From: Planctomycetota bacterium
GTDB taxonomy: Bacteria; Planctomycetota; UBA1135; GCA-002686595
Length of the DNA stretch: 64,000 bases
Direction of reading: 5' to 3'
Assembly: GCA_014237855.1 (NCBI GenBank)
Contig: JABACD010000007.1
Coordinates: 65,399-129,398 of the forward strand
Shown: one piece after another, positions 49,205 through 59,156 of the stretch
Layout: every line of letters starts with the position of its first letter
How positions within the stretch are numbered: position 1 is the first letter of the stretch
Notes under the pieces: model-generated
The model's database searches: none
Told to the model about the DNA's origin: nothing
The model's input: only the letters and a program-made list of their open reading frames with translations
Translations under genes and position numbers: made by a program

Positions 49205-50734
49205 GTGCAACATCGCTCCCTCTTCAGCCGCTGGCCCTGTCTGGCGCTCTGGCTGATCTTCGGCGGTGTCTTCCTCTGGAGCCTTCCTGGTCGAATGCCC
49301 CTGCTGGACGATGCCTGGCTCGGTGAGCAGGCCTACTGGTTGCAGCGCGATGGAGTGGTGCACTCGAGACTGTTCACAAGCTTCGAGGACTGGGGCACGC
49401 GAATCTGGGTCTTCCACAAGCTCTTCATCCCCCAGGGGGCACTGGCCATCGGGCTCCTTGGCTGGTCCTTGCCCGCGCTGCAGGCCGTCAGCCTGCCCTG
49501 GTTTGCCCTGGTCCTGGTGCTGCTCGCCTGGCGTGCGAGACGGCTGCCAGGGAACAACGGAACGACGACCGCGCTGCTCGTGCCCCTGCTCTTGTTTGCG
49601 CACCCCCTGGCCATCACACATGCCTACAGCTTTCGCCCCGAGCTCTGCCTGGCTGCCCTCGGCCTGAGCTCTTACCTGCTGCTCGAGAACGGGCTGCGCA
49701 ACAACTCCAGAATCACACTGCTCGCTAGCGCCATCGTGGCCGGCCTGGCCGCGCTCGTGCATCTCAATGGTCTGCTCTTCATCGCAGCCGGATGCCTGAC
49801 CCTCCTGGCGAGTCGCGAAGTCTCAAGAGCCCTCCAGTTCCTGTTCGTCGCGCTCTTCATCGCCTCTCTCTACCTCGCCGATGCCTTGAGTTCCGGAGAG
49901 CTCGCGAACCTCTGGGCGCAGCTCAGGTCCGACCCAGCGCTCGATGCCAGGGACTTCACCGTGGGAGGGGCACTGGAGCGTCTGCTCAGGGAACCCAGGC
50001 GCTGGATTCGTCACGGCGAGGATGTGACCACCACAGCCCTGGTCATCCTCGCTGTCGCCGTGGCTCGGGGCAGACTCTGGCGGGAGCACAGGCAGCTGGC
50101 CGTCTACACCGGCAGCGCCCTGCTTGGCCTGGCCCTCCTGGCACAGAGCACCACCGCCAAGTACATGCTCCCCGTGCTGCCGATGCTCCTCCTGGTGGTG
50201 GGGGTGGCCCTGCAGGAAGTGGAGGGGTGGAGCCCCAGGAGGCGAGGGTGCGCCATCGGCTTTCTCCTCCTGGCCCTCGGAGTGCTCGGCTCCCGGAGCC
50301 TGCGCTACTTCTCCCACCGAGTGGACATCCAGGAACGCCACGCGGCCTCCCTCGATGAGCAGATTGAAGCGGGTTCGCGTGTGCTGGCCGACCTGACCTT
50401 CATTTTCGACCAGCTCGAGAGTCATGACGTGCGGGGCCTGTGGGCCTACCGCATCGAGTCCGAGTCAGGCGGTGCGCCGCTGGAGATCGAGTGGCTACTC
50501 CGGCGCGCCCGAGAGGACCGGGTTCCATTCGTCGTCCTCGATAGTCTCCACGAGCTGCCCAAGAAGCTGGCCGGCGAGTGGCTGAGCCAGGACCGCATGG
50601 ACACTGGCTGGGACACCCGTCAGCTGGACCTCAGTCCGCCAGTCTTGCTCTTGAGCGACTCAAGGCAGCAGGCATCCAGGCCGGCCGTGGGATTGAACTC
50701 GGGGCCGAGCGGCGCCGCTCCGCGGCACCGCTGA
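49205..50734 (+). CDS. ArnT/PMT-like (GT39/GT83-type) polytopic membrane glycosyltransferase
   Basis: About 11 TM helices and an N-terminal loop (LDDAWLGEQAYWLQRDG) typical of dolichyl/undecaprenyl-phosphate-sugar transferases. Family-level call only. Confidence 0.55.
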   Translation: MQHRSLFSRWPCLALWLIFGGVFLWSLPGRMPLLDDAWLGEQAYWLQRDGVVHSRLFTSFEDWGTRIWVFHKLFIPQGALAIGLLGWSLPALQAVSLPWFALVLVLLAWRARRLPGNNGTTTALLVPLLLFAHPLAITHAYSFRPELCLAALGLSSYLLLENGLRNNSRITLLASAIVAGLAALVHLNGLLFIAAGCLTLLASREVSRALQFLFVALFIASLYLADALSSGELANLWAQLRSDPALDARDFTVGGALERLLREPRRWIRHGEDVTTTALVILAVAVARGRLWREHRQLAVYTGSALLGLALLAQSTTAKYMLPVLPMLLLVVGVALQEVEGWSPRRRGCAIGFLLLALGVLGSRSLRYFSHRVDIQERHAASLDEQIEAGSRVLADLTFIFDQLESHDVRGLWAYRIESESGGAPLEIEWLLRRAREDRVPFVVLDSLHELPKKLAGEWLSQDRMDTGWDTRQLDLSPPVLLLSDSRQQASRPAVGLNSGPSGAAPRHR

Positions 50735-50764
50735 GGCTCCCTGGCGCACCGAGAAGACGCGCGC

Positions 50765-51256
50765 TCAACCCAGGACCGCCAGGATCTCGTCAGCCTGGCC
50801 CCCTGGATCCTGAGTATCGATTGCCATCTCGATCAAGCCATCGGGGTTGATCAGGAAGGTGTAGCGGGCTGCAAACTTGGTATCAGCCGCGGCTGCAGCA
50901 CCGTAGGCAATCGCCAGCTTCCGCTCCGTGTCACACAACAACGGAAAGGGGAAGTCGTGCTTCTCTGCAAAGGCACGGTTCTTCTCGGGCGAGTCGAAGG
51001 AGACGCCATAGACGTGGATGGCGCGCACGTCGAAGTCGGAGATTCGATCACGGAACCCCCTGCCTTGCTTGGTTCACCCAGGCGTGTCCGCCATCGGATA
51101 GAACCAGAGCAGGTAACGCTGACCTGCCAGGTCGGTCGATCTCACCAGGTTGCCATTCTGGTCCTCACACTCGAAGGCCGGGGCGGGATCACCCACCCTC
51201 AAGCTCAACTCGCTACCGCCACCGGGCAAGAAGCGCTGGATCATTTTCTTGAACAT
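50765..51256 (-). CDS. bcp: Bcp-type peroxiredoxin with in-frame UGA (probable selenocysteine) at the peroxidatic position
   Basis: Track ORFs 51074..51256 and 50765..51028 share a frame. Read through the TGA at 51074-51076 they give ...LLWFYPMADTPG-U-TKQGRGFRDRISDFDVRAIHVYGVSFD..., against the canonical FYPKDxTPGCTxExCxFRD. Confidence 0.8.
51030..51073 (-). promoter_or_regulatory. Region expected to hold the SECIS element (two alternative hairpins)
   Basis: Two alternative hairpins are possible. One is GAACC-N13-GGUUC, starting inside the UGA. The other is UCGAA-UCUCCGAC-UUCGA, about 27 nt downstream. I cannot choose between them by eye. Confidence 0.3.
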
Positions 51257-51275
51257 GCGTGGATACTAACCGCCC

Positions 51276-52181
51276 TCAGGACGGAGGTGAAAGCTTCCGC
51301 AGGTACCAGGCCACCGGATAGAGTGCCAGGATCAGGACCACCAGGTGGAGCGACCGCGGCTCGGTGAAGAGCGCAGCCAGGGCAGCGCTGAACACCAGCA
51401 TCCTGCGCAGGGCACAGCCCATGGCCGGGATGATCTCAGCAGGTGACCAGCTGCCGAGCTGCCTGGCCTGCTGGAGGAGGCCCCAGCTGGCACCAAGCAC
51501 AAGGGCGGCCGAGACTCCACGACCCCACAGGGTTGCCTGCTCGACCGGAAGCAGAGGCACGGCCAGGAACGTGGCCACCATGGCCACGAGCAAGCGACGG
51601 GGAGTGGCCAGGCCCGCAGAGCTCTGCTCTCCGTCCTCCAGCCTCCCCAGCCGTGACAGCAGGAAGACGTAGAGCCCGTACAGCAGCGGGGCCAGCAGCA
51701 GCAAACCAACGGAACCGAACCCCATGCCCAGGGCGACGAAACCAATCGAGAAGTTCCCAAAGCGGCACAGGCCCAGGAGTCCGGGGCCCAGCCACGGTCC
51801 GCGCCCGAAGAGGTCGTAGCTCGCGGCGCAGAGCCCGACACCGGCCACCCAGAGCCCCGCGCTGGTTGAGATGGTGGACGCGAGCAGTGGTCCCGCCACG
51901 AAGAGGGCCAGGGCTGCCAGGAGCGCGGCCCCAGCGCCAATCCGACCGGAGGGGATGGGCCGATCCGGCCGCACCAGAGCGTCCTCCTTCCTGTCGGCCC
52001 AGTCGTTGAGAGCCATGCCCCCGTGATAGACACACAGAGAGCTCCCAACCAGCGCCAGCGTGCGCGGCCAGGGACTCAACCCTCCTCCGGCCACAACCAG
52101 CCCTGCCAGGACATCCGCAACAGCCGTCGGCGAGAGCGAGATGCGCAGCAATCGCGCCCAGGCCTGTAGCCAGCAGAGCAC
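51276..52181 (-). CDS. UbiA-family prenyltransferase
   Basis: The Asp-rich motif is GMALNDWADRKEDA. About 8 TM helices. The GTG start overlaps the rseP stop by 1 nt. Confidence 0.8.
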   Translation of the reverse strand: MLCWLQAWARLLRISLSPTAVADVLAGLVVAGGGLSPWPRTLALVGSSLCVYHGGMALNDWADRKEDALVRPDRPIPSGRIGAGAALLAALALFVAGPLLASTISTSAGLWVAGVGLCAASYDLFGRGPWLGPGLLGLCRFGNFSIGFVALGMGFGSVGLLLLAPLLYGLYVFLLSRLGRLEDGEQSSAGLATPRRLLVAMVATFLAVPLLPVEQATLWGRGVSAALVLGASWGLLQQARQLGSWSPAEIIPAMGCALRRMLVFSAALAALFTEPRSLHLVVLILALYPVAWYLRKLSPPS

Positions 52182-54019
52182 TAGTTGAAGACGTGTGTCG
52201 AGAGATCGTTGTAGATCACGAAGACGAAGATCGAGACGATCAAGACCAGCCCCACCAGCTGGCTATAGCTGAAGATGCGCTCGCTGACTGGAGATCCCTT
52301 GATCTTCTCTATCAGAAGGAAGAACAGGTGCCCTCCATCAAGGATTGGAATCGGCAAGACGTTCAAGAAAGCCAGATTCATCGAGAGCAGGCAGAGGAAC
52401 CAGAAGAACTTGACCCAACCAATCTCAGCGGTGTGGTGCGCGATCACGCTGATCTTGATGATGCTACCGACATTCTGTTTTCCAACCTCCTGACGCATCA
52501 TGCCGCGCAGGTGTCGCCAAACATCACGAATCATCTTGAAGGAAGAAGTAACACCTAGCTTGACAGCCTCTCCGGCGCCCGCCACCCGGAAGGTGTAGCG
52601 CTCCATGGTCAGGTTCAAGCCGGTCTCCATCAACTGCAAGGGAGCGGGGCTCGCCTCGAGCTCCAGGTACTGCGCCCCGCCGGTCACCCCTTGATCTCGC
52701 CGCAAGGAGAACCTCAGGGCAGCTCCTGTCTGGGCAGCCAGCACAGACGCGTCCTTCAGGTCCTGGTACTCGCTGACGGCGGCACCATTGAGCTCGAGCA
52801 CCTCGTCTTCGGTACGCATGCCTGCGACCTCGGCCGCAGAGCCCGGCAGAACCACGATACGGGTGCTCTCCAGGTCGTAAGAAAGAGCCAGTGACTCGGC
52901 CAGCGCGATGCCCCGGTCCTGGGAGAGCTCCGGCGTCACCAGCTCGAGCGCCTCACCCTCCCGCTCGATGAGCCACTCCACGGGTCCCTGGGTGCTCGTC
53001 AGGGCTGCGAGCAGATCTCCCGGTCGCAGCACCCGAGTGCCGTCAATGGACAGGATACGATCGTCTTCCCGCAGCCCCGTCTCCGACACCTGATCCGTCG
53101 GCAGGAGCGCGATCAGCCGGCGGAAGGGGCTGGTAAAGCCGATCAGCTCATTCGGGGAGAGTTCGCCGGGTTCGGGCTCGATGACGAACTCCAGCTCCTG
53201 GCCGCCACGTTCGACAGCCAGGATGAATGGCTCCTCCGCGTCGACCGCACGAAACAGCTGCTTCTGGGGACTGAGTCCCGGAGTCTGCCCAGCGACCCCC
53301 AGCAGGTGATCGCCCATCTTGACACCTGCCTTGGAAGCCGGGCTGTCCTCGGCCACGGTCAGCGGCAGGCCCTCCTCCAGGGGCGCTGAGATCCGACCGA
53401 TGCTGTAAATGTCGTAGACCTCGTCGAAGGTCGGCAGGATCGAGAGCTCAACGGGTTCCAGTTCGCCCGGCTGAAGCACCTTCAGGATCACCGGCCCCGT
53501 CCCGCCGTAGGCCACCTCCGGGGCGACCTGGTCGAGGTCGTAGATCATCTCTCCATTGACCTCCAGGATGAGCGTCCCCGACTCGACTCCAGCCATCCAG
53601 GCCGGAGAACCGGGCTCGATCTCCCCAACGACCGGCGGGGTCGAGGGGATCCCCACCGCAAACAGGATGGGGAACACCACCAGGCCGAAGATCACATTCA
53701 TGATCACGCCTGCCGAGTAGATGAAGAACCTCTGGCCGACGGTCTTGGATCCGAGCTCCCATGGCTGAGCCGGTTGGTCCGAGTAGTGGCTCTCCTCACC
53801 GGCCATCCGCACGTAGCCGCCGAGTGGAACAGCGGCTACCTGGTACTCCGTGTGACCTCTACGCCAGGAGAAGAGCTTGGGGCCAAAGCCCAGGCTGAAC
53901 ACGTGGACGCGCACCTTGCAGAGTCGAGCGGCCATGTAGTGACCCGCTTCGTGAACAAAGATCACAAGGCCGATTCCGAGGACGACCTGAACGATGCGCC
54001 AGAGAGAGAGAAGATCCAT
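52181..54019 (-). CDS. rseP: RIP (site-2) zinc metalloprotease RseP with multiple PDZ domains
   Basis: VHEAGHYMAAR (HExxH), ...GGYVRMAGE..., and the C-terminal NLAFLNVLPIPILDGGH motif. Confidence 0.9.
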   Translation of the reverse strand: MDLLSLWRIVQVVLGIGLVIFVHEAGHYMAARLCKVRVHVFSLGFGPKLFSWRRGHTEYQVAAVPLGGYVRMAGEESHYSDQPAQPWELGSKTVGQRFFIYSAGVIMNVIFGLVVFPILFAVGIPSTPPVVGEIEPGSPAWMAGVESGTLILEVNGEMIYDLDQVAPEVAYGGTGPVILKVLQPGELEPVELSILPTFDEVYDIYSIGRISAPLEEGLPLTVAEDSPASKAGVKMGDHLLGVAGQTPGLSPQKQLFRAVDAEEPFILAVERGGQELEFVIEPEPGELSPNELIGFTSPFRRLIALLPTDQVSETGLREDDRILSIDGTRVLRPGDLLAALTSTQGPVEWLIEREGEALELVTPELSQDRGIALAESLALSYDLESTRIVVLPGSAAEVAGMRTEDEVLELNGAAVSEYQDLKDASVLAAQTGAALRFSLRRDQGVTGGAQYLELEASPAPLQLMETGLNLTMERYTFRVAGAGEAVKLGVTSSFKMIRDVWRHLRGMMRQEVGKQNVGSIIKISVIAHHTAEIGWVKFFWFLCLLSMNLAFLNVLPIPILDGGHLFFLLIEKIKGSPVSERIFSYSQLVGLVLIVSIFVFVIYNDLSTHVFN

Positions 54020-54047
54020 TTGAAGTCGAGTGGCTCTTGGAGTCGCC

Positions 54048-55202
54048 TTACTCCGTCAGGCTGGCGATCTCGTCGCGGGCCATTTCACGGGCGATGCGGT
54101 CGGCGGTCATCAGATCATCCAGGCTGGCGCACAAGCCAGGGCGACGATCCAGAACCGTTGCGTTGATTCGATTGATGTCGGTGAACTGTATTCGTGATTC
54201 CAGGAAGGCTGCTACGGCTACCTCATCGGACGCATTCAGCACGCTTCCAGAGTCAGCACCTTCTTCCACACAGCGGTACCCAAGTCCGAGTGCTGGGAAA
54301 CGCTCCAGGTCCGGAGGAAAGAAATCCAGCTGCCGAAAGAGTGAGAAGTCAAAACCCTTCAGGTCAGCTGGGGCGCGATCGGGGTGATGTAGCGCGTAGT
54401 GAATCGGCCCACGCATGTCCGGTGGACCCAGCTGCGCGATCACGGAACCGTCAACGAACTCCACCATGGAGTGCGCGATCGACTGGGGATGCACAACGAC
54501 CTGGATGCGATCCGGCCCCAGCCCGAACAGATGGTGCACCTCGATCACCTCGAGCGCCTTGTTCATGAGGGTTGCGGACCCGACCGTGATCCGGGGCCCC
54601 ATGTCCCAGTTGGGATGCTGGAGCGCCATCTGCGGCGTGACCGTCGCCAGGGACTCCACACTCCTCTCCCGGAAGGGACCGCCGCTGGCTGTCAGCAGGA
54701 CGCGCCGAACTCGCCCCATATCCTCGCCACGAAGACACTGGAAGATGGCGCTGTGTTCGCTGTCGACCGGAATGATCTCGGCGCCATGCTCACGGGCCAC
54801 CTGCATGAGACGCGTCCCGCCAACCACCAGGGATTCCTTGTTTGCCAGCGCCAGCGTCCTACCGAGCTCCAGCACGGCGACCGAGGGCCGCAGCCCTGCT
54901 GCACCCACGATGCCGTGGACGCAAGTCTCGTACCGCGCCTCGCGTACCAGCCGTGTCGCAGCATCGGGTCCCCCGAGGACATGGCAGCTCGCGGGAACCG
55001 TCTTCCTCAATTCCTCCGCAGCTTCGGGGTCCGCCATCGCAACGAAGTCGGGCTTGAACTCGGCAACCTGCTCAGCCACCAGCTGCCAGGAGGAGCCTGC
55101 CGCCAGGCCGCTGACCCGCAGCCCCCCCTCAGACTCTCGGACGAGAGCCAGGGTCTGGGTGCCGATCGAGCCGGTAGATCCAAGCAGAGCGATTTCTTTC
55201 AT
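54048..55202 (-). CDS. dxr: 1-deoxy-D-xylulose-5-phosphate reductoisomerase
   Basis: MKEIALLGSTGSIGTQTL..., LANKESLV, PVDSEHSAIFQC and NKALEVIE. ATG at 55202. Confidence 0.95.
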   Translation of the reverse strand: MKEIALLGSTGSIGTQTLALVRESEGGLRVSGLAAGSSWQLVAEQVAEFKPDFVAMADPEAAEELRKTVPASCHVLGGPDAATRLVREARYETCVHGIVGAAGLRPSVAVLELGRTLALANKESLVVGGTRLMQVAREHGAEIIPVDSEHSAIFQCLRGEDMGRVRRVLLTASGGPFRERSVESLATVTPQMALQHPNWDMGPRITVGSATLMNKALEVIEVHHLFGLGPDRIQVVVHPQSIAHSMVEFVDGSVIAQLGPPDMRGPIHYALHHPDRAPADLKGFDFSLFRQLDFFPPDLERFPALGLGYRCVEEGADSGSVLNASDEVAVAAFLESRIQFTDINRINATVLDRRPGLCASLDDLMTADRIAREMARDEIASLTE

Positions 55203-55352
55203 GGACGGTGTGGGGACTCCGGGAGGATATAACTCTGGAGACACCGGCTACGAGTCTAGGATGGAAGAGCCCGGATCGAAGCTCCGGTCCTGGATTAGGA
55301 CGAGGAGGATCGCTCCGATGCCCACTCCGAGCTACGGGGAGGAAGACATTCA

Positions 55353-55889
55353 ATGTGGATGAATCGCGCGAAATTCTGCCCGGCCTGCACGACCCCCCTC
55401 CAGGAGGAGGAGGTCGCGGGCCGTCTCCGACCCAAGTGTCTGGATTGCGGACTCGTCCTCTTCAAGAATCCGGCCTCTGCAGCCGCAGGGGTCGTGCTGG
55501 ACCGCAGGTCACGGGTTCTCTTGATCCGGCGAGCCATCGAGCCGTACAAGGGATACTGGGCACTGCCTGCCGGCTACCAGGAGATCGACGAGACCCCCCA
55601 GGAGACAGTCTCTCGGGAGGTGAAGGAGGAGACCGGCATCATCGTGGAGCCCGTACGCCTGATTGATCTGATCTTCATTCCCGACGACTCCAGGAAGCCC
55701 GCCAACCTCTCGATCTATCTTTGCATCCCCGTCGGGGGGGAGCTCTGCCCCGCAGACGACGCCGAGGATGCGGCCTGGTTCGCCATGACCGACCTGCCAG
55801 AGGATATGGGCTTCCACAACCGTGAGCGTATCCTGCAGCCCCTCCTCGAGCAGCTGGGCCGCGAGGCCGGCGAATCCTCGCTCGACTGA
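55353..55889 (+). CDS. NUDIX hydrolase with N-terminal zinc-ribbon
   Basis: The zinc ribbon is CPAC...CLDC. The Nudix box is GYQEIDETPQETVSREVKEETG. Confidence 0.85.
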   Translation: MWMNRAKFCPACTTPLQEEEVAGRLRPKCLDCGLVLFKNPASAAAGVVLDRRSRVLLIRRAIEPYKGYWALPAGYQEIDETPQETVSREVKEETGIIVEPVRLIDLIFIPDDSRKPANLSIYLCIPVGGELCPADDAEDAAWFAMTDLPEDMGFHNRERILQPLLEQLGREAGESSLD

Positions 55890-55981
55890 TCCTGCCGCGG
55901 GAGAGGCCCCAGGGAGCCTGCCAGCCAGACGAGGCCTGGCAAGCGTAGGAATGGGGACGTAAGCCGAGTACATTGCCTGAC

Positions 55982-57055
55982 ATGAACGCCAGCCGAGACA
56001 CCATGGATCAAGAACCCCTCTCTTACCGCGATGCGGGCGTGGACATTGGAGCCCAGGACGAGACCCTGGAGCGGGCCAAGAAGTCCATCCAGGCCAGCTT
56101 CACCCCCGGTGTCCTCGGCGACGTGGGCCTCTTCGGCGGACTCTTCGATCCCGCCAAGGTCGGCTGTGCCGGACAGATCCTGGTGGCCAGTGCTGATGGC
56201 GTTGGCACCAAGCTGGACGTGGCCAAGCGAGCGGGTATCCACGACACGGTCGGCCGCGACCTCGTGCAGCACTGCATCAACGACATCCTCGTCCAGGGCG
56301 CACGCCCCCTGTTCTTCATGGATTACGTCGGCACCGGCAAGCTCGACCCCCTGGTTGTCTCGGACCTCATTCGCGGCTGTGCAGACGCCTGTCGGGAGAA
56401 CGGCCTCGCCTTGCTGGGGGGGGAGACCGCCGAGATGCCCGGCCTCTATTCCGCGGGGGACTTCGACCTGGTGGGCTTCATCGTTGGAGCCGTAGCTCCG
56501 GACAAGATCATTGATGGCAGCCGAGTTCGAGCGGGCCAAAAACTGATCGGCCTCGAGAGTGACGGGCTGCACACCAATGGCTATTCCCTGGCACGCAAGA
56601 TCCTGTTCGAGCGCCAGGGACACGAGCTCGGAGATCGTCCCGTCGAGCTGGGCGGCGCGAGCGTCCAGGAGGCCCTCCTGGCTCCCCATAGATCTTACCT
56701 GGAGCCGATCTGGCCGCTGCTCGAGGAAGGCCGACTGGCCGGAATCGCTCACATCACAGGCGGGGGTCTGCTCGACAATCTGCCGCGCATCCTCGGTGGC
56801 CTCCGCGCCGTGATTGACATCTCGTCCTGGGAGAGACCACCTCTGTTCCGCTACCTGGTCGATGCGGGACGCGTCGAGACCTCCGAGGCCTATCAGGTCT
56901 TCAACATGGGCATCGGCCTGGTCCTGATGGTCGAAGAAGACGATGTCAATCAGGTCCTCGCCTCCCTCGAGAAGTCCGGCGAGCGTGCCCACCTGATCGG
57001 CCACCTCGATGACGGCCCGTCCGGCGTGGTCCTCGAGCAAGGTCCCACCTCGTGA
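55982..57055 (+). CDS. purM: Phosphoribosylformylglycinamidine cyclo-ligase (AIR synthetase)
   Basis: LSYRDAGVDI..., DGVGTKL, ...DLV.HCINDILVQGA.PLFFMDY. ATG at 55982 (the track gives an alternative start at 55973). Confidence 0.9.
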   Translation: MNASRDTMDQEPLSYRDAGVDIGAQDETLERAKKSIQASFTPGVLGDVGLFGGLFDPAKVGCAGQILVASADGVGTKLDVAKRAGIHDTVGRDLVQHCINDILVQGARPLFFMDYVGTGKLDPLVVSDLIRGCADACRENGLALLGGETAEMPGLYSAGDFDLVGFIVGAVAPDKIIDGSRVRAGQKLIGLESDGLHTNGYSLARKILFERQGHELGDRPVELGGASVQEALLAPHRSYLEPIWPLLEEGRLAGIAHITGGGLLDNLPRILGGLRAVIDISSWERPPLFRYLVDAGRVETSEAYQVFNMGIGLVLMVEEDDVNQVLASLEKSGERAHLIGHLDDGPSGVVLEQGPTS

Positions 57056-57732
57056 GCTCAGGCCGCAGGCTCTGGCTGGCTGGACTCGCCGTTGCCAGCT
57101 TTCAGTGCCTGGCTGGCCCCGCGCAGGCTGAAGCTGGTCTCCCTCAGGATCCATCAGTCCTGCGGGCCCTGCAGTTCGAGTCCACCGATGAACGCACCGC
57201 CTTCCTGGTTGAGACCCTCCAGGGGACCAGTGCAGAGGACCTGGCGGGCGTGCTGCAGGTCGTGTTCGAGGAGTTCATCGATTCCACCCGCAGGTACGAG
57301 ATCGAGCAGGCTCGAGCCCTCGCCGAGGCCATGTTCGCCCGAGCACCCGCGGGCTGGAGCGCCATGAGCCTGGCCCTCATCTGCACGCGGGCAGGGGAAA
57401 GTTCTCGAGCGCTGGAGGTCCTGAGGACCCAGGTAGCCGGGACTCCTGAGGGCCCAGCTCAGTACGAGCTTCTGGAGCGCCTGGGGCTGGCCATTCAGGG
57501 AAGCGGCCATGAGGCCGCCGCTCTGGGGCCCCTGGGCAGTGCCTTTGCCCGGGGCTCGGCCAATGCGGGAGTCGTCCTCGGGCGCATTGCCCTCCGAGAA
57601 GGGCAGCTAGAGCAGGCGCGCTCCATCTTTCGTACCCTGCTTACACAGGAGCCACCGCAATCCTGGGCTATGAGGGGCTGGGGGCTTAGCATGTTGCCTC
57701 CCCGACCGCCCAACGTAGCTCGAACAAAGTAA
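57052..57732 (+). CDS. Secreted helical (TPR-like) hypothetical protein
   Basis: Signal peptide LWLAGLAVASFQCLAGPAQA and an Ala/Leu-rich helical repeat character. The GTG start overlaps the purM stop. Confidence 0.5.
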   Translation: MSSGRRLWLAGLAVASFQCLAGPAQAEAGLPQDPSVLRALQFESTDERTAFLVETLQGTSAEDLAGVLQVVFEEFIDSTRRYEIEQARALAEAMFARAPAGWSAMSLALICTRAGESSRALEVLRTQVAGTPEGPAQYELLERLGLAIQGSGHEAAALGPLGSAFARGSANAGVVLGRIALREGQLEQARSIFRTLLTQEPPQSWAMRGWGLSMLPPRPPNVARTK

Positions 57733-57810
57733 CCCCACGCGCGGCCCAATCGGAGCCGCCCTAGAGGATTCATCCTGTCACTTCCCCTGAGTCGAAGGCT
57801 ATACACCTCC

Positions 57811-59136
57811 ATGTTCACGCGAATCCTGCTCTGCGCCAGCCTAGGTCTCCCGCTCCTCGCGAGCGCACTCACTCCTGTCTCAAGCCCGACCCCGCTCGAG
57901 GAACTGCAGAAGAGCAGCGAGCACAAGAAGGTCGGCCAGAAGATTGCTGAGTGCATCGAGGGCTACGTCAACCGAGACGGACAGCGTGATGCTGAGGAGG
58001 AGCTCAGCGAGTACCTGGACAAGAAGTGGACCAAGGCAGCCAAGGGAAGAAGCCCTCTCGCGCTGTCCGATGACCTCGCCGCTGCTCTCTGGTACGCCAC
58101 CGATGTTTCAAAGGTCAAGGGAATCAAGAAGGGCCGCGTGAACGACCTGCTGGTCCCCGTTCCCTTTTATGGCGAGGACTACGTCTCCGAGTCAGCTGTC
58201 TGGGTTCCGAAGAAGTACTCCACCAAGATCAAGTACCCGCTGATCCTCAGCATTCCGGCGGAGGGTGAGCGGCCCCAGGACAACCTCAACGAGCAGTGGA
58301 ACGACTCCACAATCCGGGACAACGCCATCATCGTGGCTCTCGGCATGCCCACCACCACCGAGAACTGGGGCTCGCTTGGTGAAGCTGGCAATCCGGAGAA
58401 GGCCGGAGGAATCGGGGTCCTGTTGATGAACTTTCGCAAGGCTCTGGAGTCCTACTCGATCGACTACGACCGCATCTATCTCGCAGGACAGGGAATTGGC
58501 GTTGCAGCCGCCATGGAGATCGCCAATTACTCCCCTGATCGCTTTGGGGGAGTCATCGGCAGGACAGGAGACGCCGCGGAGATCTCACCGGACAACCTGA
58601 GCAACATCCCGTTCATCTTTGCCGGAGGAGGCAAGCGTGCCACCGAGTTCAGCGAGAAGGCCAAGGAAGCTGGCTACGCCGATTGCACGCTCCAGGCAGA
58701 CGCAAAGGCCGAGCACATCTGGGCCTGGATCGAGGAGAACAGCCGCAGGTCCAACCCCGAGAAGATCGTCTTGCGCCCCGGCTCTCCCTATCCCAACAAG
58801 GCGTATTGGATCGACGTGCCCGCGACCGAGTACTCAGATGACGCCATGCTCACCGCCGTGGCTGATCGAGCCTCAAACACGATTACCGTCGACTCGACGG
58901 GCATCGCCTCGATCAAGCTCTATTTCAACGACACCATCGTCGACATGGACAAGCCCATCAAGGTGATCTGCAACGGGGTCGAGAACGAGGACCTCGTCCC
59001 GCGTAACTTTGGAACGATGATGACCTTGATCTATCGATCACGTAGCGACCCAGGAAAGCTCTACACTGCCTTCCGCTCGTACGACATCCCTCTCACCGAG
59101 GGAGAGGCGAAGGACGCCGCCGCAGGCCCCAAGTAA
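57811..59136 (+). CDS. Secreted alpha/beta-hydrolase-like protein lacking the nucleophile Ser (GQGIG in place of GxSxG)
   Basis: It has a signal peptide. The esterase/PHB-depolymerase-like core is YPLILSIPAEGE...RIYLAGQGIGVAAAMEIA...IPFIFAGGG. Confidence 0.55.
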   Translation: MFTRILLCASLGLPLLASALTPVSSPTPLEELQKSSEHKKVGQKIAECIEGYVNRDGQRDAEEELSEYLDKKWTKAAKGRSPLALSDDLAAALWYATDVSKVKGIKKGRVNDLLVPVPFYGEDYVSESAVWVPKKYSTKIKYPLILSIPAEGERPQDNLNEQWNDSTIRDNAIIVALGMPTTTENWGSLGEAGNPEKAGGIGVLLMNFRKALESYSIDYDRIYLAGQGIGVAAAMEIANYSPDRFGGVIGRTGDAAEISPDNLSNIPFIFAGGGKRATEFSEKAKEAGYADCTLQADAKAEHIWAWIEENSRRSNPEKIVLRPGSPYPNKAYWIDVPATEYSDDAMLTAVADRASNTITVDSTGIASIKLYFNDTIVDMDKPIKVICNGVENEDLVPRNFGTMMTLIYRSRSDPGKLYTAFRSYDIPLTEGEAKDAAAGPK

Positions 59137-59156
59137 CCCCTTCAACTGGAGCCCCG

